Source of the DNA: a bacterium
Lineage (GTDB): Bacteria > JADJOY01
Assembly (NCBI GenBank): GCA_046331705.1
Contig: JAXLQJ010000016.1
Coordinates: 1 to 64,000, forward strand
DNA: 64,000 nt
Direction of reading: 5' to 3'
A program made the translations under genes and the position numbers. This document shows, one piece after another, positions 1 through 9,346 of the stretch. The notes beneath the pieces were generated by a model. It worked only from the letters and a program-made list of their open reading frames with translations. It was not told where the DNA came from and made no database searches. Every line of letters starts with the position of its first letter. The stretch's first letter is position 1.

Positions 1-265
1 GAACTCTACCGCGCTAAGCGATGGAAATCGCTGGGTGTGCCGGCGTGAAGCCGTGTGCGCCTCGAAGTGTCCGGAACCGGGATCAGGGCGACTCTCATGG
101 AGCTGTAATGCTCCGGCACCCCCCTACGGCCTCGCGACGCACTCAGGACGTGCTGGCGGCGGGCCGCTTAGGGTCGAATCCCTCGGTCGCGATGGGTGCG
201 GTCGTCGACTCGGCCGGCCGAGCCACGAGCGATTCGACCCATGGCTGGTGTGCCAGCCGGGCTGT

Positions 266-1042
266 TCAGGTCCGTTGGCGCGTTTCGCCGACCGAGGCGG
301 TCGCCGGAGGCGCGGCAGCCATGCGGGGTCGGATCGTGGGCAGCGCGTCCCAGGTTCGCCCTTCGAGTGAGCGGCCGGCTTGCTTCTTGTTCCGCCCACC
401 CCACTGTTTGAAGAAGAACGGAACGCCCGCGGCGAGGCACTGGTCCCGGATCTCGAGGACCCAAGCTTGCTGCATCGGCCGGGGATGATGCCCGGATTCA
501 CCGCCAACGATCACCCAATCGATTCCGGCGAGGTCGATCGCCGGGATAGGGCCGAGAAGCGGCTCGATCGAGAGGAACTTGATGGCTGCGTCGGTGCGAC
601 GGAGGTGGTCGATCCGCCAGGTGAAGTCCGCGCTCTCGACGCTGACGCCCATCCAGACGTGGGAGGGCCAGGGAAGGCGAGCACTCGATGACTCGAGGCG
701 CTCGGCGCGCTTCGTGAGCACTTGGAATTGGTGCCAGCTCGCCCGAACCATCACCTCGAACACGCGCCGAATGAACTCCTCTGGAACGTCCTCGTGGAAG
801 AGGTCGGACATGGAGTTCACGAAGATGCGCTGCGGCCGACGCCAGCCAAGGGGGCGATCGAGCATGTGGGGATGGAGCGTGACGGCGAAGTCGTTGCGGT
901 AATTCGGCTGCCCCATCGCCTTGAGTCGGCGCGACATCACTTCCGCGTAGCAGAACTTGCAACCGGGGCTGATCTTGTCGCAGCCGGTCACGGGGTTCCA
1001 CGTGGATTCGGTCCACTCGATCGCAGATTGGGCCACGGTCAC
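266..1042 (-). CDS. DUF5131 / phage Gp37-Gp68 family protein (three-Cys motif, radical-SAM-like)
   Basis: IEWTESTWNPVTGCDKISPGCKFCYA, RIFVNSMSDLFH, FLSIEPLLG, WVIVGGESG, PFFFKQWGG are hallmark motifs; start GTG 1042 or 1036 after GGAGG. Confidence 0.92.
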   Translation of the reverse strand: MTVAQSAIEWTESTWNPVTGCDKISPGCKFCYAEVMSRRLKAMGQPNYRNDFAVTLHPHMLDRPLGWRRPQRIFVNSMSDLFHEDVPEEFIRRVFEVMVRASWHQFQVLTKRAERLESSSARLPWPSHVWMGVSVESADFTWRIDHLRRTDAAIKFLSIEPLLGPIPAIDLAGIDWVIVGGESGHHPRPMQQAWVLEIRDQCLAAGVPFFFKQWGGRNKKQAGRSLEGRTWDALPTIRPRMAAAPPATASVGETRQRT

Positions 1043-1224
1043 GCCCTCCGGCGCTGGCACCCGTCGAAGCCGTGGCTGGCGATCTCGTTGGCCACACCCC
1101 GCGGGCTCGCGAAGACGAGATCGTCGATCATCGCACCCGTCGAGCTGCTCGTGGCGACCCGTACCGGTGCGCGCGCGAGCCCGGCCACCCGCTCGATCGA
1201 GTCGCGCCGGCCGAGGCTCCGCAA
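1039..1224 (-). pseudogene. Eroded C-terminal remnant of a three-Cys-motif partner (TcmP-like) protein
   Basis: RVAGLARAP...STGAMIDDLVFASPRGVANEIASHGFD resembles the TcmP C-terminus as recalled (RxxAGF..P....NSxGAxxYYLFFAS...ANxIxxxIF); its TGA overlaps the DUF5131 GTG (GTGA). Confidence 0.55.
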
Positions 1225-1240
1225 GCGAATCGCCGTGCGA

Positions 1241-1687
1241 TCACTCGGCCGCTGGGTGCTCCTTCGCGTAGTCGACGGTCAGCCAGCGCTCGGGCGTGAG
1301 GATCACGAGAACGCTTTCCGCCCGCTGGTCCGCGGTGCTGTCGAAGTAGGCGGTGCCGCGTTTCTCGCCGAGGTAGCGAATCGCCAGCGAGCGCTCGAGC
1401 TCGGTGATGTCGGCGTCTTGGTCGATCCGCGCTGGTCCTTCGACGCTGACGTACGCGTACGGTGGCGTTTCGGTCTGGACGAGGAGGCTGATACGACCGG
1501 CTTTCCGGATCAGCTCGGCTTTCTTCGACCGCCCCGAGGTGCTGATGCGAATCGCGCCGCCGGGCTCGTAGTGGTACCAGACGGGCAGGGTGAGCGGGCC
1601 TCGGCCGTCCTCGCTGATGCCGAGGACGGCGACGTGGGGGCCGGCGAGGAATGCCTCGCGCTCTTCCCGGGTCATCGCGAACGACAT
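1241..1687 (-). CDS. Pyridoxamine 5'-phosphate oxidase-like (PPOX class) flavin/F420-binding protein
   Basis: MTREEREAFLAGPHVAVLGI..GRGPLTLPVWY..PYAYVSVEG..PERWLTVDY; ATG 1687. Confidence 0.85.
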   Translation of the reverse strand: MSFAMTREEREAFLAGPHVAVLGISEDGRGPLTLPVWYHYEPGGAIRISTSGRSKKAELIRKAGRISLLVQTETPPYAYVSVEGPARIDQDADITELERSLAIRYLGEKRGTAYFDSTADQRAESVLVILTPERWLTVDYAKEHPAAE

Positions 1688-1865
1688 CGTCGCCTCCGAG
1701 TTGCCTGCTGGGGATGCTGGCGCTTCGACGTTCTCGGTGTTGGATGCGCCGAATCGACTGGGTGGGGCGCCGAGTGGCGATGGATCGCCGCGCATCGAGT
1801 CATCGCCCGCGCTCCTCGGATGGCTCGGGCGGCGGGTGAGGGTGTGCGGTGTTGCAGCACCGCGT

Positions 1866-2780
1866 TCAGCCGCCGTTTCCGACGGGGATGAACGTGCATC
1901 CCGGGTCGACCGCGTTCGCGGGATCGAGTGCGTTGCGCACGTGGCCGAGCGCGATGTGGTCGTAAGGCATTGCCAGGTGCGCGGTGAAGTCGATGGGGCA
2001 ACGCTCCTGGAGGACGATGTTGGTGGCACCCGGCCCGTGGAGGAACGCGTTGGTGTGTGGCGTCACGAACTCGTCGTAGACGGTGGCGATCACCGTGTAT
2101 TCCACGCCGGGGACGGTGTCGCTCGGCTCGTTCACCGCCGCGAGAAGGTCGGAGCCCGCCACCTGTTGGAGGCACGATACGCAGAACGCATCGACGATCG
2201 CGTGCGAAAGCTCGGGAAAGAGCGCCACCCAGAGGTCGACGATGCCGAAGCCGGTGGTGCCGTAGTTGGAGGGCGCGAGGCCGATCAGCTTCTGCACCTT
2301 CGCGGCACCGCCCAAGTAGCGCAGGTAGTAGCGTGGCATCAGTCCGCCTTGGGAATGCCCGACGATGTCGACCTTGGCGGCGCCGGTCACCGAGCGCACC
2401 TGATCGACGAAGGCGGCGAGCTCCGCCGCCGAGGAAGCGATGTCGGCGAGACCGTAGGAGACGCCCAGGATCGGCGGCCCACCGTAGTTGAACGCGAACA
2501 CGCAGTAGCCCAGGTTCTTGAGCAGCGGCGAGAGCGCGTTCCAGCTGTCGGGCGCGTTGGCGAGCGTGCCGTGGACGAGCACCACCGGTCGCGGATGCGC
2601 GGCACTCGGCCGGCACGAGATGTCGTTCGCCCCCGGTGGCGACGCCTCGGGATGCGATAGCCCGACGAGCACGCCCGCCGCCAGGTTGTACTCCACGGGG
2701 AGCTGGCCGGGCGGCACACAGGTAGCGAGCAGAAGCAGCGTGAGCAGTGGCCACGGTCGACGGGATCGGCGGTGCGACAT
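1866..2780 (-). CDS. Secreted lipase/esterase (alpha/beta hydrolase, Lipase_2/EstA type)
   Basis: Signal peptide, PVVLVHGT, nucleophile elbow GHSQGG, YDEFVTP, C-terminal His. Confidence 0.9.
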   Translation of the reverse strand: MSHRRSRRPWPLLTLLLLATCVPPGQLPVEYNLAAGVLVGLSHPEASPPGANDISCRPSAAHPRPVVLVHGTLANAPDSWNALSPLLKNLGYCVFAFNYGGPPILGVSYGLADIASSAAELAAFVDQVRSVTGAAKVDIVGHSQGGLMPRYYLRYLGGAAKVQKLIGLAPSNYGTTGFGIVDLWVALFPELSHAIVDAFCVSCLQQVAGSDLLAAVNEPSDTVPGVEYTVIATVYDEFVTPHTNAFLHGPGATNIVLQERCPIDFTAHLAMPYDHIALGHVRNALDPANAVDPGCTFIPVGNGG

Positions 2781-2966
2781 GGGTCCTCCTGCCGGACGAG
2801 GTCGCGCGACTGCGTCGCTCCCAGATCCGCGGGCGCGATCACGCCAGTGTTCCCGGCCACCTGTCAACGGGTGTGTTCGTGTCGCCGCGCGCGAACGTGC
2901 AAGTCGCGCGTGGCTCTGCGCGTCAGGACCGCGGCGATCGCGCGGCGAACGGTAGTCGGCCTCGGC

Positions 2967-3665
2967 TCACGCGGGGTGCGTCGAGCTCCAACGACTGGTG
3001 CCGCCGCTCTCGAAGTCGTCTTCGAAGATGCTGTTCATGTTCACGGTGCGCAGGTCGTCGATCGACAGGGACCAGGGTTGATCCGCGCCGGTGCTGGTGC
3101 CGAGGAAGATCGCGCCGACGTTGGAGAAGTCGGCTCCGGTGCCGGCGGAAGCCACGAAGCTCGTGTAGGGGATCGTGATGTTGGTGGCGCCAAGCAAGAA
3201 CGCGAGCGAAGTCACGGACGCGTGGCCGCCATCGGTCCACACGTAGAGTTCCAGGAACAGCGAGACCGAGCTGCTCGCCGTGGTCTTGAGGAGAAGCGCG
3301 TTCTGGCCGTTCGCCGTCAGGTCGATCCCGCCGAGACCCGTGGGCGCGAACGTCGTCGAGTCGTTGTTGCCGTCCCACCAGAGCTCGATCGTGCCGGTGG
3401 ATCCCGCCGGGCGGTCGAAGCTGAACAGATCGTTGGCCACTTCCGCGGTGATGTCGCCGCCGGCGACGCTCGATCCGCTCACGCGCACGTTGCGCTCGCC
3501 CTGCAGGATGCTCGCACCGTCGACGAACTGACTTTCGGTGCCGGGTGCGGTGTGGAGGGACACCTGGATCGGTCCGGTCTTGAAATCGTCGACCACGATC
3601 GATTGCGCAGCGGCCACGGTGGTCGTGGACGCCGTCAACAGAATGCCCAGCAGAACGGTCTTCAT
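2967..3665 (-). CDS. Secreted beta-rich protein with C-terminal IFEDDFESG...WS module
   Basis: RBS GGAGG, signal peptide MKTVLLGILLTASTTTVAAA, Thr/Ser/Gly-rich body, tail IFEDDFESGGTSRWSSTHPA. Confidence 0.8.
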   Translation of the reverse strand: MKTVLLGILLTASTTTVAAAQSIVVDDFKTGPIQVSLHTAPGTESQFVDGASILQGERNVRVSGSSVAGGDITAEVANDLFSFDRPAGSTGTIELWWDGNNDSTTFAPTGLGGIDLTANGQNALLLKTTASSSVSLFLELYVWTDGGHASVTSLAFLLGATNITIPYTSFVASAGTGADFSNVGAIFLGTSTGADQPWSLSIDDLRTVNMNSIFEDDFESGGTSRWSSTHPA

Positions 3666-3855
3666 CGGGTCCTCCTGCGGGCGACGAGGGCTCACGCCTG
3701 GCGCGGCAGCATCGGAACCAGGCTCACTTCTGGGAAATCCGCCGCGCGGTGTGGCGTCGCACGGCATTGCGCCCCCGAGCGGATTCGTGCTCGTTCGCGC
3801 CGGCTCGGCGAGGTTCGCGCCAGCGCTCGCGTCGCGGTCCAGTCGTTCGGTCTAC

Positions 3856-4722
3856 TCATCGGCTCGCTCGGGTCGTCAGATCCCGCGTGGCGTGGTGAAA
3901 CGCGCGGTTGAGCAGTCGCATCACCAGCTCGTAAGGCCACGCGAGCTTGCGCTGAAACCAGTAGCCAATGCGGATGTCCGGCGAGGTGAAGACCAGGAAG
4001 CGACCCGCCTCCACGCCGCGAATGATCGCTTGCGCCGCTTGGTCGGGCGTCACAGCGTGCTTCACGAAGCGCGCCTTGAGCGCGCGCACCTCGGGGCGGT
4101 CCATGTCCACGCCCACGATCTGGATGGTGTCGACGAGCCCGGTGTGCACCGCCCCGGGGCATACCAGCGTGACGCGGATGCGGTGCCGCCTCAGGTCGAA
4201 GCGCAGCACCTCGGAGATCCCGCGCAGCCCGAACTTGCTCGCGCTATAGGCCGCGTGCCACGGCAGCCCGAAGAGCCCCGCGGCCGAGGACACGTTCACC
4301 AGGTTGCCGCCGCGACCCGCTCGGATCATCGGCGGGAGAAAGCATTCCATCACGTGGATCGGACCCATGAGGTTGATGTCGAGGGTGCGCTGCCAGTGAG
4401 CGTGCTGCAGGTTCTCGATGGCCCCCCACACCGCGATGCCCGCGACGTTCATCACGATGTCCATCGATCCAACCGCGGCGTGCAGCTCGTCCGCGTAGGC
4501 GCGGACCTGCTCGAAGCTCGCGATGTCGAGCGCCTTCGAGGCGCCCACGCGGCCACCGGCAGCCCGAATGGCCTCGACAGTCTCGGCCAAGCCTCGTTCG
4601 TCGATGTCGGTCAGGTGGACCTGGGCGCCGCGCGCGGCGGCGGCGATGGCCGTCGCGCGGCCGATGCCGCTCGCCGCGCCGGTGATGAAGCACTTCTTGC
4701 CGGCGAATCTGGAAGGTTTCAT
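3856..4722 (-). CDS. SDR family oxidoreductase
   Basis: TGAASGIG, NVAG, YSASK. Confidence 0.92.
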   Translation of the reverse strand: MKPSRFAGKKCFITGAASGIGRATAIAAAARGAQVHLTDIDERGLAETVEAIRAAGGRVGASKALDIASFEQVRAYADELHAAVGSMDIVMNVAGIAVWGAIENLQHAHWQRTLDINLMGPIHVMECFLPPMIRAGRGGNLVNVSSAAGLFGLPWHAAYSASKFGLRGISEVLRFDLRRHRIRVTLVCPGAVHTGLVDTIQIVGVDMDRPEVRALKARFVKHAVTPDQAAQAIIRGVEAGRFLVFTSPDIRIGYWFQRKLAWPYELVMRLLNRAFHHATRDLTTRASR

Positions 4723-4824
4723 GACGCACTCCGAGCAGGGCCGAGCAGAGCAGCCGAGACGGGATCGGCGCGGCGCGCGATCGGGTGTACACCAGAACCG
4801 CTTGAGCCGCGAGGGAGGTTCGGG

Positions 4825-5472
4825 ATGACGACATCGGCGCCGCGCGTGGAATCCACCCAACTCGAGCCGAGCGGTGGCTGGGCACAACCGCCCGAAGCGC
4901 GCTTGGTGCCGCGGCCTCCCGCGGAGCGCGGGCTGCTCTTTCGAGCGCTGTCGCGCGGATCGACGTTCTTCGGCCGTCCCGAGCTGCCCAACATCTTCCC
5001 GGTGCTTCACCTTCATCCGGGTCTCTTCTGGTCGTGGCTCGTCTTCGCTTCGCGTTTGATGCCCTACGGCAGCCTCCACGCACGGATCCGCGAGAAGCTC
5101 ATCTTGCGCACCGCCTGGAATTGCCGCAGCCGTTACGAGTGGGGCCAGCACGTGGACCTGGCGCTCGCGGCGGGGGTCACCGACGCCGAGATCGTCGACG
5201 TGACGCGCGGCCCGGACGTGATCCCCGACGGCGTCGAGAGAGCGCTGCTCAGCGCGTGCGACGAGCTCTGTGCCGAGAGTTTCGTCCGCGAGACCACGTG
5301 GCAGGTCCTCGCCCAACGATTCGAGCGGTCGCAGCTGGTCGAGATCGTGATGCTGGTCGGCCATTACCGGATGCTCGCCGGTTTCCTGAACACCGCCGGC
5401 CTCGCGCTCGAGGCCCCCGTGGAAGAGCAGCTCGCGGCCTTTCACCGGCGGATCACGTCACGGGCGACGTGA
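4825..5472 (+). CDS. Carboxymuconolactone decarboxylase / AhpD-like family protein
   Basis: REKLILRTAWNCRSRYEWGQHV motif; GGAGG upstream of ATG 4825; divergent from SDR. Confidence 0.85.
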   Translation: MTTSAPRVESTQLEPSGGWAQPPEARLVPRPPAERGLLFRALSRGSTFFGRPELPNIFPVLHLHPGLFWSWLVFASRLMPYGSLHARIREKLILRTAWNCRSRYEWGQHVDLALAAGVTDAEIVDVTRGPDVIPDGVERALLSACDELCAESFVRETTWQVLAQRFERSQLVEIVMLVGHYRMLAGFLNTAGLALEAPVEEQLAAFHRRITSRAT

Positions 5473-5575
5473 GTCGACGGCGCCGGATGGCGGAGCGCGT
5501 GCGCCGCTGAAGCGCGGATCCGCGCGGACACGAGCCGAGCGACCGCCGAGCCGGGGGACCTCGACGCGTACGCGC

Positions 5576-6223
5576 CTATTCATCCGCCGCGCGCGGGACG
5601 CCGAAGGGGGATCGCTCGGCGATCGCGCGAATGATCCGTGTCTCGCGTGGCGCGAGTGCCACGAAGACGACGTGGTCCGTCCAGCCGTCCGGATCGCGCC
5701 AGTAGAGGCGCCGAATGCCTTCGCGGGTCATGCCCGCGCGCTTCGCCAGCGCGATCGATCGCGGGTTGTCGACGCGGCAAGCCGCTTCCAAACGCCAGTA
5801 GTGCAGCTTGCTGAAGGCCGCTCGAATCACGGCACGCACGGCCTCGGTGGCGTAGCCGCGGCCCTGGAACTGATTCTGAAAGACGTAACCCAAGTTCGCC
5901 GAGTTCCAGTCCCCTCGCGAGATGGTCGCGAGATCCACGAAGCCGACGTAGGCGCCGCTTCGGCGCTCGAAGGCGCCGAAGACGTACCAGCGATCGCTGC
6001 GCGCAAAACGTCTCTGGCGAGCGAGCAATCTTCGCCAGGCGCGGCGAGAAACCTCCTTGGGGTCGGTAGGTCCGCGGTCATGCTTGTCACGTGCCGGAAG
6101 GGCCTCGAGATGAGCCTTTCGCCACGTCTCGAAATCCGCCTCGGTCGGCGGCCGCAGGACCAGCCGCCGGGTGCGGAGCTCGAGCGGCCAAGTCACGAGC
6201 TTCGCTGGGTTGATGAACTTCAT
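5576..6223 (-). CDS. GNAT N-acetyltransferase, RimJ/RimL type
   Basis: LRTRRLVLRP, ANLGY..QGRGYATEA, DNPRSIALA..GMTREG. Confidence 0.9.
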   Translation of the reverse strand: MKFINPAKLVTWPLELRTRRLVLRPPTEADFETWRKAHLEALPARDKHDRGPTDPKEVSRRAWRRLLARQRRFARSDRWYVFGAFERRSGAYVGFVDLATISRGDWNSANLGYVFQNQFQGRGYATEAVRAVIRAAFSKLHYWRLEAACRVDNPRSIALAKRAGMTREGIRRLYWRDPDGWTDHVVFVALAPRETRIIRAIAERSPFGVPRAADE

Positions 6224-6306
6224 CGAGCTCTCCTCGTTCGTCGCGCGATCGGATTGCGAGGTCGCCGCGCCGGATCGAAGGGATCGCCAGCGCGATCCTG
6301 CGATCG

Positions 6307-6546
6307 GTGCGCGGACGTGATCTCGTCGGAAGGCTAGGCGGTGACGACCCCGGCATAGTGTCGCCGGAACCCAATCGGGAGAAGGCGCACGAGCTGGCCG
6401 AGCGATTGCGCGTATCGATCGAAGCGAGCCGCCTCGAGAGCGAAGTCACCCCGCGCGGCACACGCTGCACGGTCACGGTGGGAGTGACGGAGCTTCAGTG
6501 GCCACGAGACGGGCTGCGCGAGCGGATGGGCTCGCTCACGTCGTGA
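6307..6546 (+). pseudogene. Degenerate C-terminal half of a GGDEF (diguanylate cyclase) domain
   Basis: RGRDLVGRLGGDDP..AHELAERLRVSIE..TVTVGV matches RxxD.xxRxGGDEF..AERLR..VTVSIG; N-terminal half absent, signature altered. Confidence 0.6.
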
Positions 6547-7738
6547 GCACGATCAGGGGGATCTCGGCGGGGGCGAACGTGCGGAGCGCCGGGCCGAAGA
6601 AGCCGGTGCCACGGGACACGTAGATCTGGGTGCCGTCTAAGTGGCGGTGAAGGCCGGAGACGTACGGCATCGAGAGGCGTTCGAGGATGCCGATCGGGAA
6701 GAACTGCCCTCCGTGCGTGTGGCCGGAGAGCTGCAATCCCACGCCATGGTTCGCAGCGGCCTCGATCTGGGCGGGCTGGTGGGCGAGCAGCAGCAGCTCG
6801 CGGTCGGGATCGCGACCGGCGAGCGCCGCGGCGACGTTCGGCTCGTGGCTCGAGACGAAGCGGCCCGCGGTGCGATCGGGGATCCCGGCGAGGTCGAGGC
6901 TCGCGCCGCTGGGCTTGGTGTCGCCGATCGTCACGCGCTCGTTCACCAGCACGCGCACGCCGAGTCGCGTGAGGATCTCGAGCCAGGCGGTGGCGGCGCC
7001 GGCGTAGTACTCGTGGTTTCCCGTCGTGTAGTAGACCGCGCGCCGCGCCGCCAGCACGCCGAGCGGATCGAGCACGCGCGCAAGTTCCGCGACGGTGCCT
7101 TCGATCAGGTCACCGGTGATGACCACCGCATCGGGACGCTGACGCTCGGCGAGCTCGATGACGCGTTCCAAGAAGGCGAGTCCCGGGAGCCGGCCGAGGT
7201 GCAGATCGCTGAGCTGGACGATGCGATAGCCATCGAGCTGCATAGGCAGCCGCGCCAGCCGCACGGGCACCTCGGGTAACGTGATGTCCCAGGCGTTGCG
7301 GTAGCCGACGATCGCGGCGCTGGTGGCGGTGATGCCCACGCCGGCGGCCGTGACGCGCGCCGCGAACTGGCGGCGACTCAGCGCGATCTCCGCCGCGGCG
7401 GGCGTGGTGTCTCGAGTCTGGCGAGCGGCTTTCGCCGCGAGTCTGCGCGCAACTCGGGTCGCGACGCGCCGGGGCACGCTCACCAGCGCAAAGCCGATCC
7501 AGAGCTGCAGGAAGGTGGCGAACGCGATCACGCCCGCGATCCGCGCCGCGCCCAGCTCGCGCTCGCCGGGATCGACGCTCGTGCTCATCGCCATCACTCC
7601 CGCGACCACGATGCAGCCGTAGAGCGCGGTGAGCACGCGCCGTCGCGGCCACGGCCACGCGGGATCGCGAATCAAGCGCGCCCACACGTACCAGCCGATC
7701 GTCCCCACCACCGCAACGATCGCGATGAGCATGCGCAC
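6536..7738 (-). CDS. Membrane-anchored metallophosphoesterase (YkuE/YaeI-like)
   Basis: N-terminal TM helices; DLH, GD, GNHE, HQP, SGHTHGGQ, VSRGTG motifs. Confidence 0.92.
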   Translation of the reverse strand: MRMLIAIVAVVGTIGWYVWARLIRDPAWPWPRRRVLTALYGCIVVAGVMAMSTSVDPGERELGAARIAGVIAFATFLQLWIGFALVSVPRRVATRVARRLAAKAARQTRDTTPAAAEIALSRRQFAARVTAAGVGITATSAAIVGYRNAWDITLPEVPVRLARLPMQLDGYRIVQLSDLHLGRLPGLAFLERVIELAERQRPDAVVITGDLIEGTVAELARVLDPLGVLAARRAVYYTTGNHEYYAGAATAWLEILTRLGVRVLVNERVTIGDTKPSGASLDLAGIPDRTAGRFVSSHEPNVAAALAGRDPDRELLLLAHQPAQIEAAANHGVGLQLSGHTHGGQFFPIGILERLSMPYVSGLHRHLDGTQIYVSRGTGFFGPALRTFAPAEIPLIVLTT

Positions 7739-7901
7739 AGCCTAAGCGACGAGTCCCGCCCCGCGTGGCCCATCGGCGTGGGCCGGCCGTGCCGGAGCAC
7801 GGTTGTGTGGCGCGTCGCCGACGACTATGCCATCGCGCGCCATGCGTCCCGTCTCCCGTCACGCCACCGGGGTCGCGCCCGTCAGGCTTCACCGGATCCC
7901 A

Positions 7902-9305
7902 ATGCAGCTCGCGAGCGTCGCAATCGCGCTGCTGCTCGTCGTCCTGGGGTGCTCGTCTTCCTCCGAGGGGTCGTCGCAGGCTGCGGCGCCGCTCTACCGC
8001 GTGGACGGTGGCTTCCTTCGCGATCGCAACGGCCGCGCCATCGTGTTGCGCGGGATCAACCTGCCCAACGACTACGACCAGCGCGGCCCCGAGAAAGAGG
8101 TGCGGCCGCCGCCGGAGGTCTTCCAGCACATCGCCGACTCCGGCTTCAACGCGGTGCGGTTGGTGATCGAGTGGTACCGGATCGAAGCCGAGCGCGGTGT
8201 CTACGACGAGAGCTACCTCGAGCTGCTTCGCCAGCACGTCGAATGGGCGGAAGCAGCGGGGCTCTTCGTGTTCGTCGACATGCACCAGGACATGTTCGGG
8301 CGCGGCTTCGGCGGCGACGGAGCGCCGTACTGGGCTTGCGACCAGGCGCTCTACGATGCCTACGATCCGGTCCCCAACTTCTTCTTCAACTACTTCTCGC
8401 GCGAGGTGCGGGCGTGCTTTCAGCGCTTCTGGACCAGCGCGGAGCTGCGGCGCAGTCAGCAGTCGGCGGCGCGCGCGGCGGCGCAGCGAATCGCCGGATA
8501 CGAGCACGTGCTCGGCTTCGATCCCGTGAACGAGCCGATGTTCGGCACCGGCGCCATCACCACCTTCGAGCGCGATTCGTTGATGCCGTTCCACGAGGAG
8601 TTCGCGGCGTACGTCGGCGAGGCGCTGCCCGGGCGAGCATTCTTCTTCGAGCCCACGCCGATGTTCTCGTTCGTCGGCGCCACGTCGTTCGACCAGCCGG
8701 TCACCGCGTTCACGGGGGTCTTCGCGCCTCACTACTACAACGTGAGCGTCGAGCTGGCGGGCCGGTGGGACGGGAACGAAAGGCAGGTCCGGAACGTGGT
8801 CGCGGCTGCCGCGGACACCGCCGCGCGGCTCGGCGTGCCGTGGGTCTACGGCGAGATGGGCGGCGACAAGAGCATCCCCAACCTCGGCGACTACTTGCTC
8901 GCGCTCTACCGCGAGCTGGACGCGCACTTCGCCGGCTCGTTCCTGTGGCTCTACGAGAAGGGCGAGAGCGGCTTCGGGCTGATCGATCAGGCGACCAACG
9001 ATTGGACGCCGCACGCGCGCGCGTTCCTTCGGCCCGCGCCGTCGCTCGTCGCCGGCACGCCCAGCGAGCTCGTGTGGGATCCCGCGGCGCGGGTCTTCCA
9101 CCTCGATTGGGTCGCGGACCCCAACGCCGGCGAGACCGAGATCATCGTGCCAGCGTGGGTGGCGGAGGTGGGCTTCGATGTGTCGCTCGACGGACTCGCC
9201 ATCGAGCCCACCCTCGACTCTCGCGGCCGCCGACTGCTCGTCGCCGCCGGGTTGCGGGGCTCACACCATCTCGAGATTCACGTCCATGGCGACTATCCGG
9301 GCTGA
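7902..9305 (+). CDS. GH5 endoglycoceramidase-like lipoprotein
   Basis: Lipobox VLGC; RAIVLRGIN, GFNAVRL, DMHQD, NEP (acid/base), GEMG (nucleophile); C-terminal beta domain. Confidence 0.88.
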   Translation: MQLASVAIALLLVVLGCSSSSEGSSQAAAPLYRVDGGFLRDRNGRAIVLRGINLPNDYDQRGPEKEVRPPPEVFQHIADSGFNAVRLVIEWYRIEAERGVYDESYLELLRQHVEWAEAAGLFVFVDMHQDMFGRGFGGDGAPYWACDQALYDAYDPVPNFFFNYFSREVRACFQRFWTSAELRRSQQSAARAAAQRIAGYEHVLGFDPVNEPMFGTGAITTFERDSLMPFHEEFAAYVGEALPGRAFFFEPTPMFSFVGATSFDQPVTAFTGVFAPHYYNVSVELAGRWDGNERQVRNVVAAAADTAARLGVPWVYGEMGGDKSIPNLGDYLLALYRELDAHFAGSFLWLYEKGESGFGLIDQATNDWTPHARAFLRPAPSLVAGTPSELVWDPAARVFHLDWVADPNAGETEIIVPAWVAEVGFDVSLDGLAIEPTLDSRGRRLLVAAGLRGSHHLEIHVHGDYPG

Positions 9306-9346
9306 TCCGCCCGCGCGCTCAGCGCTCGGCCTCCGAGCGCCGCCGG

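Noticed and set aside
266-1042. Prophage implied by the Gp37/Gp68 label
   Set aside because: No structural, integrase or replication phage genes nearby; the family is common on chromosomes.
3538-5472. Apparent fusion proteins in the ORF track (3538-5472, 27480-29828, 40920-43478, 51049-54015)
   Set aside because: N-terminal extensions are stop-free shadow frames; real starts with RBS lie downstream.
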